A stretch of 64,000 nt of DNA from Squalus acanthias (taxonomy: Eukaryota): positions 26,662,001-26,726,000 of the forward strand of contig CM059432.1 of NCBI GenBank assembly GCA_030390025.1. The letters run 5' to 3'. This document shows positions 36,321 to 49,482 of this stretch, one piece after another (position 1 is the first letter of the stretch; every line of letters starts with the position of its first letter). A program made the position numbers and the translations under genes. A model generated the notes under the pieces. The model did not search any database. It was not told where the DNA came from and saw only the letters and a program-made list of their open reading frames with translations.

Positions 36321-37924
36321 TACTGCTGGTATATATCTCAGTTGAGGAATAGATGTTTTAAGCACTCAGTCAATGTGGGGAGAGGGATTTCCAAGGAGGT
36401 CACAGTGCATACGGATCTCAGCTTAAACACTGACAAGCTCAGTAGACCTGCAAAATGCGTTCCAACACCTCAAAACACAAGTTCTGCCATCTGAAAGTCA
36501 GCCATGTTACAGGTCCGCTTTTATGCTGCAGGTGCAGCTGTCAAGAATTCAGGTAGTTGCTGAACCCGGCACAATCAGCTGGCGTGTTTGGCGCACGACG
36601 TGGCACACGCTGAAAATGTCGTAAAATGGGACGAGCCTGGTAAAATGGGATTATGTAGGCAGTTAACAAGCTGTTAACTGCCTTAAGTGCCTCTCCCGCC
36701 GCTTGGTGTCGGGTCTGATCGGGACTCCCAGACCCCGACACTTTGCAAAGTTGCGTGGAGGTTCCGAACCCGCCGACAACCAATACAACTTTAACCTCTG
36801 ACCCGCCTCCAAATCCGCCCTCTGAGCACCGGCAAAATCGCTGCCTATGACTCTATGAAGCGTCAAGGCCTACAGTGACCATCAAAGTTGAAAACACTAA
36901 GAGAGACGATATGGTAACTCAAGAAGCAATAATTCAAGGTAATGAAAAAGATGACAAAGTAGTAGTTAATCTCCTTTCACTGTGCCTTATCCCCAAAATG
37001 TACCACTTCACCTTTCTCTGCATTGAACTGCATCTGCCATCTAATTGCCCCACTGTTAACATATCTATGACTTCCTGAAATCTCCTGCATTCTTCCTACA
37101 GTTGGAGTATTCTAGATAGGATAATAAAGCTAAAGTGAAGATAGGTTGGCCCAGATTTTGCTGAAAAAATAACAGTGTCTGAACGACACAAGCCGTTATT
37201 AATGCGCAAATCTGCCAGCTACTTCTGGCGAGAAAGAGATACCTCATGAATTGCGAATCACCAGAAACTGCTGGCCAATTTGCTTCGTGAAAACAGCATC
37301 TCGCACTTAACCGCCCGTGATTTTCGTGAAGTTTTTGCATTGACACATTAATTGGCCATTAAACTCACCACAGAAAGTGAAGTCTAATAAATAACAGCGT
37401 AAGGTCCCTTTAAATTATGTGATATATGTAAACGGCTGCCAATCAACCTCTCTTGCCCAGAAAGTAAACAATTAAAAGTGGGGAATCTCATTCTTTCAGG
37501 TTGTTAATTGTTTTAGGAGATTTTAAAAATGTCAAACATTAATTTTTTAATTTTTTTTAATACTTTTCCTTTCTGTCTCTTTTTTCTCTCTCTCTCTCTT
37601 AATCCAGTCTTTATATCTCTCTCTTTATTTTTCTTTCTGTACCTGATTTGACATTGAATTTACCCACTCGAATTCACAGAGCAGATTAAAACTGAGTGTA
37701 CTATTTGGGAATTTGGAAAGAGTGGGAATTCGGAGAAGAAGGGGAAGGAGTTGTTGCTTTTTGCCTACACTACTTGTAGTGCTTTGTGTTACAGGTAGAT
37801 ATTTAATTTCAGTACCCTTAACTTAATCTAGATCAAGTAAGTTGTCAAGAAACTACACTGTAAACTAAGTTACCTAATTATAAATTTAATTACATTTAAT
37901 TCAATAAAACAAGGTCATATAAGG

Positions 37925-38862
37925 ATGACAGTGCAGGTAGTGTGCTGCAACTGCAGCATGTGGGAGTTTGTGGAGAGCATTGTGATCCTGGACAACCACG
38001 TTTGCAGTAAGTGCCTGCGTCTTGAGGAACTTCAGCTCAGAGTTTTTGAGCTGGAGTCTGTGGTACAGACATTGCGGGGCATCAGGGATGGGGAGAGTTA
38101 CCTGGACACTTTGATCAGGAGGCAGTCACACCCCTTAGGTTAGGTAGTGGTACAGGTCTGGTTAATGGTCAGGGTGTGACTGCAACTCAGGCAGGTAAGG
38201 GGACCCCAGGTGCAGTGCTGGAGGAGCCTCAGCCTTTCCCCTTGTCCAACAGGTATGAGGTCCTTGCTGCCTATGTGGATGAGGGAAAAGCCTGCAGGAT
38301 GGATGAGCAAGCTGACCATGGCACCATGGAGCAGGAGGCCATTCAAGTGGGGGGAGTGAAAGGGAATGTAGTTGTGGTAGGGGATAGTATAGTCAGGGAG
38401 ATAGATACTGTTCTCTGCAGCCGCGACCGAGAGTTCCGAAGGTTGTGTTGCCTTCCCAGTGCCAGGGTTAAAGACATCTCCTCACGGCTGCAGAAGAACT
38501 TGGAGTGGGAGGGGGAGGATCCAGTTGTCGTGGTCCACGTAGGAACCAACGACATAGGTAGAACTAGGAATGAGGGAGTTTGTGGAGCTAGGATCCAAAT
38601 TAAAAAGCAGAACATAAAGGTAATAATCTCTGAATTGTTACCTGAGCCACACGCAAATTGGCATAGGGACAAACAGATTAGAGGTTTAAATGTATGGCTC
38701 AAAGAGTGGTGTAGGAGGAAGGGGTTTCAGTTCACCGGGCACTGGCATCAGTACTGGGGAAAGAGGGAGCTGTTCCGTTGGGATGGGCTCCACTTAAACT
38801 CGGCTGGGACCAGTGTCCTGGCGAACCGAATAACTAGGGTAGTAGACAGGGCTTCAAACTAA
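37925..38862 (+). pseudogene. CR1 ORF1: zinc finger, leucine zipper and SGNH esterase
   Basis: CCNC...CSKC, LEELQLRVFELE, VVGDSIV, HVGTND, DGLHL; frameshifted. Confidence 0.88.
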
Positions 38863-39762
38863 TGAAGAGGGGGTGGGAGGATTCAGGAAAGAGTCAATTT
38901 AAAAGCAGCGAGAGAAATGGCAAGGCTCTAGAGCAGAGTATAGTTTTGGGTAAAAATAAGCAGAGTGGGTCAGGAAGGGACAGAGAGAGTAACAAAGGTA
39001 ATAAGGCATCAGTGACTAAGGTGACATCAGGGAAAAATAGAAATAAATCAAAGCTAAAGGCACTATATCTGAATGCGTGAAGTATTCGCAACAAAATAGA
39101 TAAATTAATAACGCAGATAAAAATGAACAGGTTTGATCTAATAGCCATTACGAAGATGTGGTTGCAAAGTGGCCAAGGTTGGGAACTAAATATTCCTGGA
39201 TACTTAACTTTTAGAAGAGATAGGTAAAATGGAAAGGGAGGAGGGATAGCCCTGTTAATAAAGGATGGGATAAAGACAGTAGAGAGAAAGGATCTTAGCC
39301 CCAAAATCAAGAAGTAGAATCAGTTTGGGTGGAGCTAAGAAACAGCAAGGGGCAGAAAACATTGGTGGGAGTTGTTTATAGGCCCCCAAACAGTAGTTGT
39401 AATGTAGGGCAGAGTATAAATCAGGAAATTAGAGGCACATGTAACAAGGGTGATACAGTAATCATGGGGGACTTTAATCTACATATAAACTGGGCAAACC
39501 AAATTTGCAGTAATAGTGTGGAGGACGAATTCATGGAATGTATGCAAGATAGTTTTCTAGATCAGTATGTTGAGGAACCAACTAGGGAACAGGTTATTTT
39601 AGATCCAGTATTGTGCAATGAGAAAGGGTTAATTAATAATCTTGTAGTAAAGGGGCCTTTAGGGAAGAGTGACCATAATATGATAGAATTTTATATTGAG
39701 TTTGAAAGTGATTTAGTTAAATCCAAAACTAGGGTCTTAAATCTAAACAAAGTAAACTACGT

Positions 39763-39868
39763 AAAAGAAGAAAGACTTGCATTTATATAGCGCCTTTCAC
39801 GACCACCGGACATCTCAAAGCTCTTTACAGTCAATGAAGTAGTTTTGAAGTGGAGGCGCTGTTGTAAC
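39763..39868 (-). mobile_element. DeuSINE-like 3' tail fragment in CR1 ORF2
   Basis: Matches 14960-15060. Confidence 0.85.
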
Positions 39869-40226
39869 ATAGGTATGAGAGGCGAGTTGGCTAAGGTAGA
39901 TTGGGAAACTACATTAAAATGTATGACGATAGACAAACAATGGCTAGCATTTAAAGAATGAATACATAATTTACAACAAATATACATTCCTTTAAGGCAC
40001 AAAAACCCCACAGGAAAAGTGGTCCAACCATGGCTAACAAGAGAAGTAAAAGATAATATTAGATCAAAAGAAGAGGCTTATAATGTTGCCAAAAAGAGTC
40101 ATAAGCCTGAGGATTGGGAGGATTTTAGAATTCAGCAAAGGAGGATCAAGAAATTGATAAAGAAAGGGAAAATAGAATATGAGAGTAAACTAGCGAGAAA
40201 CATAAAAATAGACTGTAAAAGCTTCT

Positions 40227-40295
40227 ATAGTCATAGTCATAGTCATAGAGTCATAGTCATAGAGTCATAACGGTGCAGATGGAGGCCATTCGGCC
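40227..40295 (-). mobile_element. Inverted CR1 3' tail with (CATAGT/CATAGAGT)n
   Basis: Microsatellite plus GGAGGCCATTCGGCC; TAG flanks. Confidence 0.75.
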
Positions 40296-40410
40296 TAGGT
40301 ATGTAAAAAGGAAAAGATTAGCAAAAGTAAATGTGGGTCCCTTACAGACTGAGACAGGAGAAATTATAATGGGGAATAAGGAAATGGCTGAGAAATTAAA
40401 CAAATACTTG

Positions 40411-41241
40411 GGGGGGAATTTTGCCAGCACTCAGGGGGTGGGTTTGGAGGCGGGACCGGTGGCAAAATTGCAAAGATTGACAGCTTTGGTCCCCGATTTG
40501 TGCATGGACCCGACACCTAGCGGCGGGAAGAGGATTATAGGCACTTAATTGCTTGTTAACAGGTTGTCAACAGGCAGCCAAGAGGCTTTTTCCAATTTTG
40601 ACAGGTCTATTGAGGGCTTCCCGATGTCCGGACACCACGCCAGGGTAAGTGTGGTGTGCTGTGGGTCTACTGTAATGTTTCTTCATTGATGACAACAGCA
40701 GAAGTGGTGTGAAGGATCCAATGGTATACTGGTGAGTTTCAGAGGTAAGAAAATGTTGGGAAAATCATTTTTAATGTATTTAGACTTTTCTGCAGATAAC
40801 AAGTTTTGAAGTGTTTGTGTAGTCCCACCTCATTGGGAGAACCTCTCTCACCAGTGACAGATCGCTTCTGTAACCTCACCTGCAGCTGCCATCTGTTCTA
40901 GCCTAAGGAGGGAATCACTGGAGAGCCTGGGTGCAAGGGCTCACCTTTGTACAGTGATTGTCCGTGTTTGCAGCACCGCAATGCTGTCAAAAACTGAAAA
41001 ATCACCTGTCAAAAAAAATTGTGCATGGCCCCTTTAAGAAAACCTGGCAGATGATGCGTCATCAACTGACGTCATCTGACACCGGCTTTCTCTTAATTGG
41101 CTGGCAAGCCCGCAGGGTGGGCTTAACAAGGCCAATTGATGCAAAATCGTGTCTGTGCATCGGACGTCGTTGGGTGCAGGATTGGAACTCGGAAGGCAGC
41201 TGTCCCGTCCCCAAGTCACATCGAAAGGTAAAATCCAGCCC
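40411..41241. mobile_element. Harbinger-type MITE inserted in CR1 ORF2
   Basis: GGGGGGAATTTT / AAAATCCAGCCC termini; removal restores AAATACTTTGTGTCTGTC. Confidence 0.88.
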
Positions 41242-43169
41242 TTTGTGTCTGTCCTCACGGAAGAAGACGTAAAAACTTCCCGGAAATAGTGGACAACCAA
41301 GGGTCTAGCGAGAATGAGGAACTGAAAGAAATTAGTATTAGTATAAAAATAATACTGGAGAAATTAATGGGACTGAAAGCCAATAAATCCCCTGGACCTG
41401 ATGGTCTACCTCCTAGGGTTTTGAAAGAGGTGGCTTTTGAGATAGTGGATGCATTGGTTGTCATTTTCCCAAATTCCATAGATTCTAGAACAGTTCCCAC
41501 GGATTGGAAGGTAGCAAATGTAACCCCACTATTTAAGAAAGGAGGGAAAGAGAAAACAGGGAACTACAGACCAGTTAGCCTGACATCAGTAATAGAGAAA
41601 ATGCTGGAATCTATTATTAAGGATGTGGTAACAGGGCACTTAGAAATTAATAATAGGATTGGGCAGAGTCAACACGGATTTATGAAAGGGAAATTGTGTT
41701 TGACAAATCTGTTAGAGTTTTTTGAGGTTGTAACTAGCAGAATAGACAAGGGAGAACCAGTGGATGTGGTGTATTTGGATTTTCAGAAGGCATTCGATAA
41801 GGTGCCACACAAAAGGTTATTAAACAAAATTAGGGCTTATGGGATTGGGATAATATACTAGCATGGATTGAGGATTGGTTAACGGACAGAAAACAGAGTA
41901 GGAATAAACGGGTCATTTTTGGTTTGGCAGGCTGCAACTAGTGGGGTACCGCAAGGATCAGTGCTTGGGCTTCAGCTATTCACAATCTACATCAATGATT
42001 TGGATGAGGGGACCAAATGTAATATATCCAAGTTTGCTGATGATGCAAAGCTGGCTGGGAATGTAAGTTGTGAGGTGGATGCAAAGAGGCTTCCAGGGGA
42101 TATAGACAGGCTAAGTGAGTGGGCAAGAACATGGCAAATGGAATATAATGTGGAGAAATGTGAAGTTATCCACTTTGGTAGGAAAAATAGAAAAGCAGAG
42201 TATTTTTTAAATGGTGAGCCTTGTACATGAATCACTGAAAGTTAACATGCAGGTACAGCAAGCAATTAGGAAAGCAAATGGTATGTTCTCCTTTATTACA
42301 AGAGGATTTGAGTATAAGAGTAAAGACGTCTTACTGCAATTATATAGGGCCCTGGTGAGACCACACCTGGAGTATTGTGTACTGTTTTGGTCTCCTTACC
42401 TAAGGAAGGATATACTTGCCATAGAGGATGTGCAACGAAGGTTCACCAGACAGATTCCTGGGATGGGGGAATTGTCCTCTGAGGAGAGATTGAGTAGACT
42501 AGGCCTATATCCTCTGGAGTTTAGAAGAATGAGAGGCGATCTCATTGAAACATACAACATTCTTACAGGGCTTGACAGGGTAGATGCAGGGAGGGTGTTT
42601 CCCCAGGCTGGGAAATCTAGAACCAGGGGTCACAGTCTCAGAATAAGGGGTCGGCCATTTAGGACTGAGATGAGGAGAAATTTCTTCACTCAGAGGGTGG
42701 TGTATCTTTGGAATTCTCTACCCCAAAGGGCTGTGGGGGCTCAGTCGTTGAGTATATTCAAGACAGAGATCGATAGATTTTTGGATATTAAGGGAATCAA
42801 GGGATGTGGGGATTGTGCAGGAAAGTGGAGTTGAGGTAGAAGATCAGCCATGTTCATATTAAATGGTGGAGCAGGCTCGAGGAGCCAAATGGCCTACTCC
42901 TGCACCTAGTTCTTATGTTCACCTTCCTTCTCAGTCCTTCCTCTGTTTATTTCTTAACCCTTAAATCTCATTGGTTAAGGAGATGCACTGTTTGTCCTGT
43001 TGTTTACCAAGGTCCCAGGTGCCTTGTTGTCCTCACTGCGCCATTATCAGCTTTCCCATCCAGCAACTTTGTGGGCAAAAAATGTTGAAACCTTAACATT
43101 CACGAACAAGTCTAACTACCGGAGTGTGCCATGAGATGTTCCGCTGCAGCAAATCTGGCCCATTAAAAT

Positions 43170-45070
43170 GACACCTAAAATGAGAGGCTGTAGTTCTGAA
43201 GAAATTAAGGCTCTTTTCACTGGTACAGATAAGGTTAAGGTAGGACCCAATAGACGTTTACAAAATTATAAAAGGTTTTGAAAGAGTAAATGGTGAAAGA
43301 TTATGTCAACTGATTAGCAAATTGGTAAGAAGAGGCATAACACTGAGGATTATCACTAGCAGAACAAAGGGAGGGGTGGAGGAATGTGTTTGTCGCACTG
43401 AGAGAGGGAATGCTTTACCACAAGTGACTATTAAAACAGAACTATAAATATTCTTTAAAAAGGAATTTGGTAAGCATTTGCAAAGGAAGAATGAAAATGG
43501 ATAATGAGAGAGAGTAGAGAAATTGGAATTAGAGCAGATGGATCCAATTAACATGCTAGCACTGGCACAGGCACAGTGGGCTGAATGCCCTCCTTCTGTA
43601 TTATAAAAGTTACAAAATTGACGGGCAGGAAAAAAGCGGCTGGTCCATCAGGCCTGCCGACATGCATGATGGCTGTCGCATCATGATCAGACACTTCCTA
43701 CTCCCCACCCCCCCTAAGTCTGCGCTGCTCTAAAGTAAATAGATCCAGGCCCATTAACCTATCCAAGTAGCTAAATTTCTTTAAGCAAGGAATCATTCCC
43801 TTAGGTTGCCACTGGACATTTTCCATTATATCACCCTCCATATGGGGAGACCAAAACTGGATGTGTACTCCAGATGCAGTGTAACCAGCAACCAGTGTAG
43901 TGACAAAATGGTGTCCTTTGATTGATACGGAATGGTTCTATGAATACAACTTAATACACTGTTGGTTTTAGATACAGCTTCTCTGCATTGGTCATGAAGC
44001 TACAGTGATCTGTGCACAATAACACATAAATCTTTTTCTCTCTCAACTTCTTTCAGTATTGTTTGCTGCAAATGATAGTTGTATTCTGTGTTGGACCTAC
44101 CAACATGAATGAGAACTACATTTATCTAAGTTAAATGCCATTTGCCATTGTGTGGCCCACTACCCTAGCGCATCTAAATCTCTTTGAATTTGATTGCACT
44201 TCTCTACTGTCTAACCCTTGCACAGATTTTGGTGTTATCTGCAAATTTACTGACCATAGCCCCAGCGCCACTATCCAGGTCTTTAACATAAGAACATAAA
44301 AACATAAGAAATAGGAGCAGGAGTAGGCCATACGGCCCTTCGAGCCTGCTCCGCCATTCAATAAGATCATGGCTGAACTTTTACATCAACACCACTTTCC
44401 TGCCCTAGCCTCGTATCCAATGATTCCCTTACTGTCCAAAAATCTATTACTCTCAGGCTTGAATATACTCATCGACTGAGCATCCACAGCCCTCTGGGGT
44501 AAAGATTCACAACCCTCTGAGTGAAGAAATTTCTCCTCATCTCAGTCCTAAATGGCCGATCGCTTATCCTGAGACTATGATCTCCTACTTCTAGACTCTC
44601 CAGCCAGGGGAAACAACCTCTCAGCATCTACCGCGTCAAGCCTTCGAATAATTTTATATGTTTCAACGAGATCACCTCTCATTCTTCTAAACTCCAGAGA
44701 ATATAGGTCCATTCTATTCAATCTCTCCTCATAAGACAGCCCTCTCATTCCAGGAATCAATCTAGTCAACCTTCAATGCACCCCATCTAAGATAAGTATA
44801 TCCTTTCTTAGGTAAGGAGATCAAAATTGTACACATTAATAAAGACAGTGAACAGTAGCAGGCCTAGGATTGATCCCTGGAGGACACCACTAGCAATGTG
44901 CCAACAAACTGAACCCAATTCCATTAACTACAAATTTTTGTGAGAAGTCGCACAACACCAGGTTATAGTCCAACAGCTTTATTTGAAATCAAATTTTTGG
45001 TTGCGAGATTGGAGCCATATTCCTAATCCAGCATTATCAAATTCCGACTGATACAAGAATCTATCTTGTA
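43170..45070. mobile_element. Cluster of CR1 remnants, including a younger minus-strand 3' end at 44284-44835
   Basis: ORF 44575-44769 (-) is the CR1 C-terminus; (ACATAAGA)n tail at 44286-44310; older CR1 pieces on both sides. Confidence 0.75.
44941..44989 (-). mobile_element. 49-bp Penelope-like terminal fragment
   Basis: Matches the PLE end; TSD CAAATTTTTG at 44931-44940 and 44990-44999. Confidence 0.88.
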
Positions 45071-45102
45071 AAGTAAGGCTGGAGGATAAGAGAAGGGTCA
45101 AC

Positions 45103-48100
45103 TTTTTTTTAGTTCATTTTTATGGGAAGTAGATGTCACTGGCAAGGCCAGCATTTATTGCCTATCCCTAATTGCCCTTGAGAAGGTGGTAATGAGCCGC
45201 CTTCTTGAACCGCTGCAGTCCGTGTGGTGAAGGTACAGTGCTGTTAGTTAGGGAGTTCCAGGATTTTGACCCAGCAACGATGAAGGACCTGCGATATACT
45301 TCTAAGTCAGGATGGTGTGTGACTTGGAGGGGAACTTGGAGGTGGTGGTGTTCCCATGCGCCTGCTGCCCTTGTCCTTCTACGTGGAAGAGGTCGCGGGT
45401 TTGGGAGGTGCTACCGAAGAAGCCTTGGTGAGTTGCTGCAATGCATTTGTAGATGGTACACACTGCAGCCACAGTACACCAGTGGTGGAGGGAGTGAATG
45501 TGGAAGGTGTTGATGGGGTGCCAATCAATCGGACTGCTTTATCCTGGATGGTGTCAAGCTTCTTGAGTGTTGTTGGAGCTGCACTCATCCAGGCAACTGG
45601 AGAGTATGCCATCACACTCCTTACTTGTGCCTTGTAGATGGTGGAAAGGCTTTGGGGAGTCAGGAGGTGAGACACTCGCCACACAATACCTAGCCTCTGA
45701 CCTGCTCTTGTTGCCACAGTATTTATGTGACTGGTCCAGTTAAGTTTCTGGTCAATGGTGACCCCCAGGATGTTGATGGTGGGGGATTCGGCGATGCTAA
45801 TGCCATTGAATGTCAAGGGGAGGTGGTTAGACTCTCGCTTGTTGGAGATAGTCATTGCCTGGCACTTGTGTGGAGCGAATGTTACCTGCCACTTATCAGC
45901 CCAAGCCTGAACGTCGTCCAGGTCTTGTTGCATGCGGGCATGGACTGCTTCATTATCTGAGGAGTTGTGAATGGTGCTGAACACTGCAGTCATCAACGAA
46001 TATCCCCATTTCTGACCTTATGTTGGAGGGAAGTTCATTGATGAAGCAGCTGAAGATGGTTGGACCTAGGACACTGCCCTGAGGAACTCCTGCAGCGATG
46101 TCCTGGGGCCGTAATGATTGACCTTCAACCACCACAACCATCTTCCTCTGTGCTAGGTATGACTCCAGCCAGTGGAGCATTTTCCCTCTGATTCCCATTG
46201 ACTTCAGTTTTACTAGGGCTCCTTGATGCCACACGCGGACAAATGCTGCCTTGATGTCAAGGGCAGTCACTCTCACCTCACCTCTGGAATTCAGCTCCTT
46301 TGTCCATGTTTGGACCAAGGCTGAAATGAGGTCGGGAGCCAAGTGGTTTTGGCGGAACCCAAACTCGGCATCAGTGAGCTGGTTATTGGTGAGTAAGTGC
46401 AGCTTGATAGCACTGTCGATGACACCTTCCATCACTTTGGTGATGATTGAGAGTAGACTGATGGGGCGGTAATTGGCTGGATTGGATTTGTCCTACGTTT
46501 TGTGGACAGGACATACCTGGGCAGTTTACCATATTATCGGATAGATGCCAGTGTAGTAGCTGTACTGGAACAGCTTGGCTAGAGGTGCGGCTAGTTCTTC
46601 AGCACGATAGCAGGGATGTTGTTGGAGCCCATGGCCTTTGCTGTATCCAGTGTGCCCAGCCGTTTCTTGATATCACGTGGAGTGAATCGAATTGGCTGAA
46701 GACTGGCTTCTGTGATGGTGGGGGACCTCAGGAGTAGGCCGATATGGATCATCCACTTGGCACTTCTGGCTGAAGGTGGTTGCAAATGCTTCAGCCTTGT
46801 CTTTTGCACTGACGTGCTGGGCTCCACCATCATTGAGGATGGGGATATTCATGGAGCCTCCTCCTCCCATTAGTTGTTTAATGGTCCACCACCATTCACG
46901 ACTGAATGTGGCAGGACTGCAGAGCTTTGATCTGATCCGTTGATTGTGGAATTGCTTAGCCCTGTCTGCCCATGCTGCTTCCGCTTTTTAGAATGCATGT
47001 AGTCCTGTGTTGCAGCTTCCCCAGGTTGGCACCGCATTTTTAGGTATGCCTGGTGCTGCTCCTGGCATGCTCTTCCACACTCCTTATTGAATCAGGGTTT
47101 GTCCCCTGGCTTCATTGTAATGGTAGAGTGAGGGATATTCCAGGCCATGAGGTTACAGATTGTGGTGGAATACAATTCTGCTGCTGCTGCTGTGGCTCAC
47201 AGCACCTCATGGATGCCCAGTTTTTAGCTGCTAGATCTGTTCTGAATCTATCCCATTTAGCACGGTGGTAGTGCCACACAACACGATGGAGGGTGTCCTC
47301 AGTGTGAAGATGGGACTTCTTCTCCACAATGACTGTGCGGTGGTCACTGCTACCAATACTCTCATGAACAGATGCCTCTGCGATAGGTAGATTGGTGAGG
47401 ACGAGGTCAAGTAGGTTTTTTCCTCGTGTTGGTTCTCTCACCACCTGTCGCAGGCCCAGACTGGCAGTTATGCCCTTCAGGACTCGGCCAGCTCGGTCAG
47501 TTGTGGTGCTACCGCACCACTCTTGGTGATGGACATTGAAGTCTCCCACCCAGAGTACATTCTGTGCCCTTGCTATCCTCAGTGCTTCTTCCAAGTGGTG
47601 TTCAACATGGAGGAGTACTGATTGATCAGCTGAGGGAGGGCGGTAGGTGGTAATAAGCAGGAGGTTTCCTTGCCTATGCTTGACCTGAAGCCATGAGACT
47701 TCATAGGGTCCATAGTCAATGTTGAGGACTCCCAGGGCCACTCCTTCCCAGCTGTATACCACTGTGCCGCCACCCCTGGTGGGTCTCTCCTGCCGGTGGG
47801 ACAGGACATACCCAGAGATGGTGATGGAGGAGTTTGGGACATTGACTGAAAGGTATGATTCTGTGAGTATGACTATGTCAGGCTGTTGCTTGACTAGTCT
47901 GTGGGACAGCTCTCCCAGATGTTAGTGAGGAGGACTTTGCAGGGTCGACTGGGCTGGGTGTGCCATTGCCGTGTCCGTAGCCGGTGCCGAGGTCGATGCC
48001 GGGTGGTGCGTCCTGTTTCATTCTTATTAATTTTTTTCGTAGCGGTTTGTTACAACTGAGTGACTTGCTAGGCCATTTCAAAGGGCAGTTAAGAGTCAAC

Positions 48101-48365
48101 CACATTGCTGTGGGTCTGGAGTCACTTATAGGCCAGACCAGGTAAGAACGTCAGATTTCCTTCCCTAAAGGACATTACTGAACCAGATGGGTTTTTACGA
48201 CAATCCGATAGTTTCATTGTTACCATTACTGATACTAGCTTTTTATTCCAGATTTATTTAATTGAATTTAAATTCCCCAGCTGCCATGGTGGATTTGAAT
48301 TCACGTCTCTGGATCATTAGTCCAGGCTTCTGGATTACTAGCCCAGTTACATTACCACTACGTTA
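45103..48365 (-). mobile_element. CR1/L2-group LINE (distinct lineage) with tRNA-like head, SINE-like core and one decayed APE-RT ORF
   Basis: APE (YRPP, VGDFN, LDLVLTN, SDH), RT (ALDIKAAF.RVWH, GVPQGSVLGP); tail GGCAATAAATGCTGGCCTTGCCAG; A/B-box-like motifs at 48355-48365 and 48291-48302. Confidence 0.88.
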
Positions 48366-48373
48366 CCGTTAAG

Positions 48374-49482
48374 TTGCCACATAAAAGGTTACTGCACAAG
48401 ATAAGATCTCACGGGGTTGGGGGTAATATATTAGCATGGTTAGAGGATTGGCTAACTAACAGAAAACAGAGAGTCGGGATAAATGGATCATTTTCAGGTT
48501 GGCAAACTGTATCTAGTGGGGTGCCGCAGGGATCAGTGCTGGGGCCTCAACTATTTACAATCTACATTAATGACTTGGATGAAGGGACCGACTGTAATGT
48601 AGCCAAATTTGCTGATGATACAAAGATAGGTGGGAAAGCAAAGGATATAGATAGGCTAAGTGAGTGGGCAAAAATCTGGCAGATGGAGTTTAATGTGGGA
48701 AAATTCGAGGTTATCCACTTTGGTAGGAAAAATAAAAAAGCTAATTATTATTTAAATGGGGAGAGATTACAAAATGCTGCGGTACAGAGGGATCTGGGGG
48801 TCCTTGTATATGAATCACAAAAAGTTAGCATGTAGGTCCAGCAAGTAATTAGGAAGGCAAATGGAATGTTGGCCTTTATTGCAAAGGGAATGGAGTATAA
48901 AAGTAGGGAAGTCCTGTTACAACTGTACAGGGCATTGGTGAGACCACACTTGGAGTACTGCGTACAGTTTTGGTCTCCTTATTTAAGGAAGGATATATTT
49001 GCATTGGAGGCAGTTCAGAGAAGGTTCTTATGAAGAAAGCTTGATCAGTTTGGGCCTATACTCATTGGAGTTTAGAAGAATGAGAGGGGATCTTATTGAA
49101 ACATATAAGATTCTGAAGGGGCTTGACAGGGTAGATGCAGAGAGGATGTTTCCCCTCGTGGGGGAATCTAGAACTAGGGGACATAATTTCACGATAACGG
49201 GGCACCCATTTAAAACAGAAATGAGGAGGAATTTCTTCTCTCAGAGGGTCGTGAATCTTTGGAATTCTCTTCCCCAGAGAGCTGTGGAGGCTGGGGCATT
49301 GAATATATTTAAGGTGGAGATAGACAGATTTTTAAATGGTAAGGGAGTCAAGGGTTATGGGGAGCGGGCAGGGAAGTGGAGTTGAGGCCAAGATCAGATC
49401 AGCCATGATCTTATTGAATGGCGGAGCAGGCTCGACGGGCCGAATGACCTACTCCTGCTCCTACGTCTTATATTCTTATGTT
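48374..49482 (+). mobile_element. CR1 LINE 5'-truncated
   Basis: RT motifs in ORFs 48374-48835 and 48999-49385; CR1 tail. Confidence 0.93.

Larger units (their letters stand above)
32642..36845. mobile_element. Second PIF/Harbinger transposon, full architecture, defective
   Basis: TIRs GGCCGCGATTTTACC / GGCAAAATCGCTGCC; TAT flanks; convergent Myb and transposase genes. Confidence 0.92.
37678..42917 (+). mobile_element. Near-full-length CR1 LINE (5' UTR, ORF1, ORF2, tail), decayed, with nested insertions
   Basis: ORF1, APE (LYLNA, VYRPP, MGDFN, SDH) and RT; TTCAC flanks at 37673-37677 and 42918-42922. Confidence 0.93.
37148..43161. mobile_element. Harbinger-type MITE split by a near-full-length CR1
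   Basis: GGCCCAGATTTTGCTG / CAGCAAATCTGGCCC termini; the halves are contiguous in the sister copy at 25294. Confidence 0.8.
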
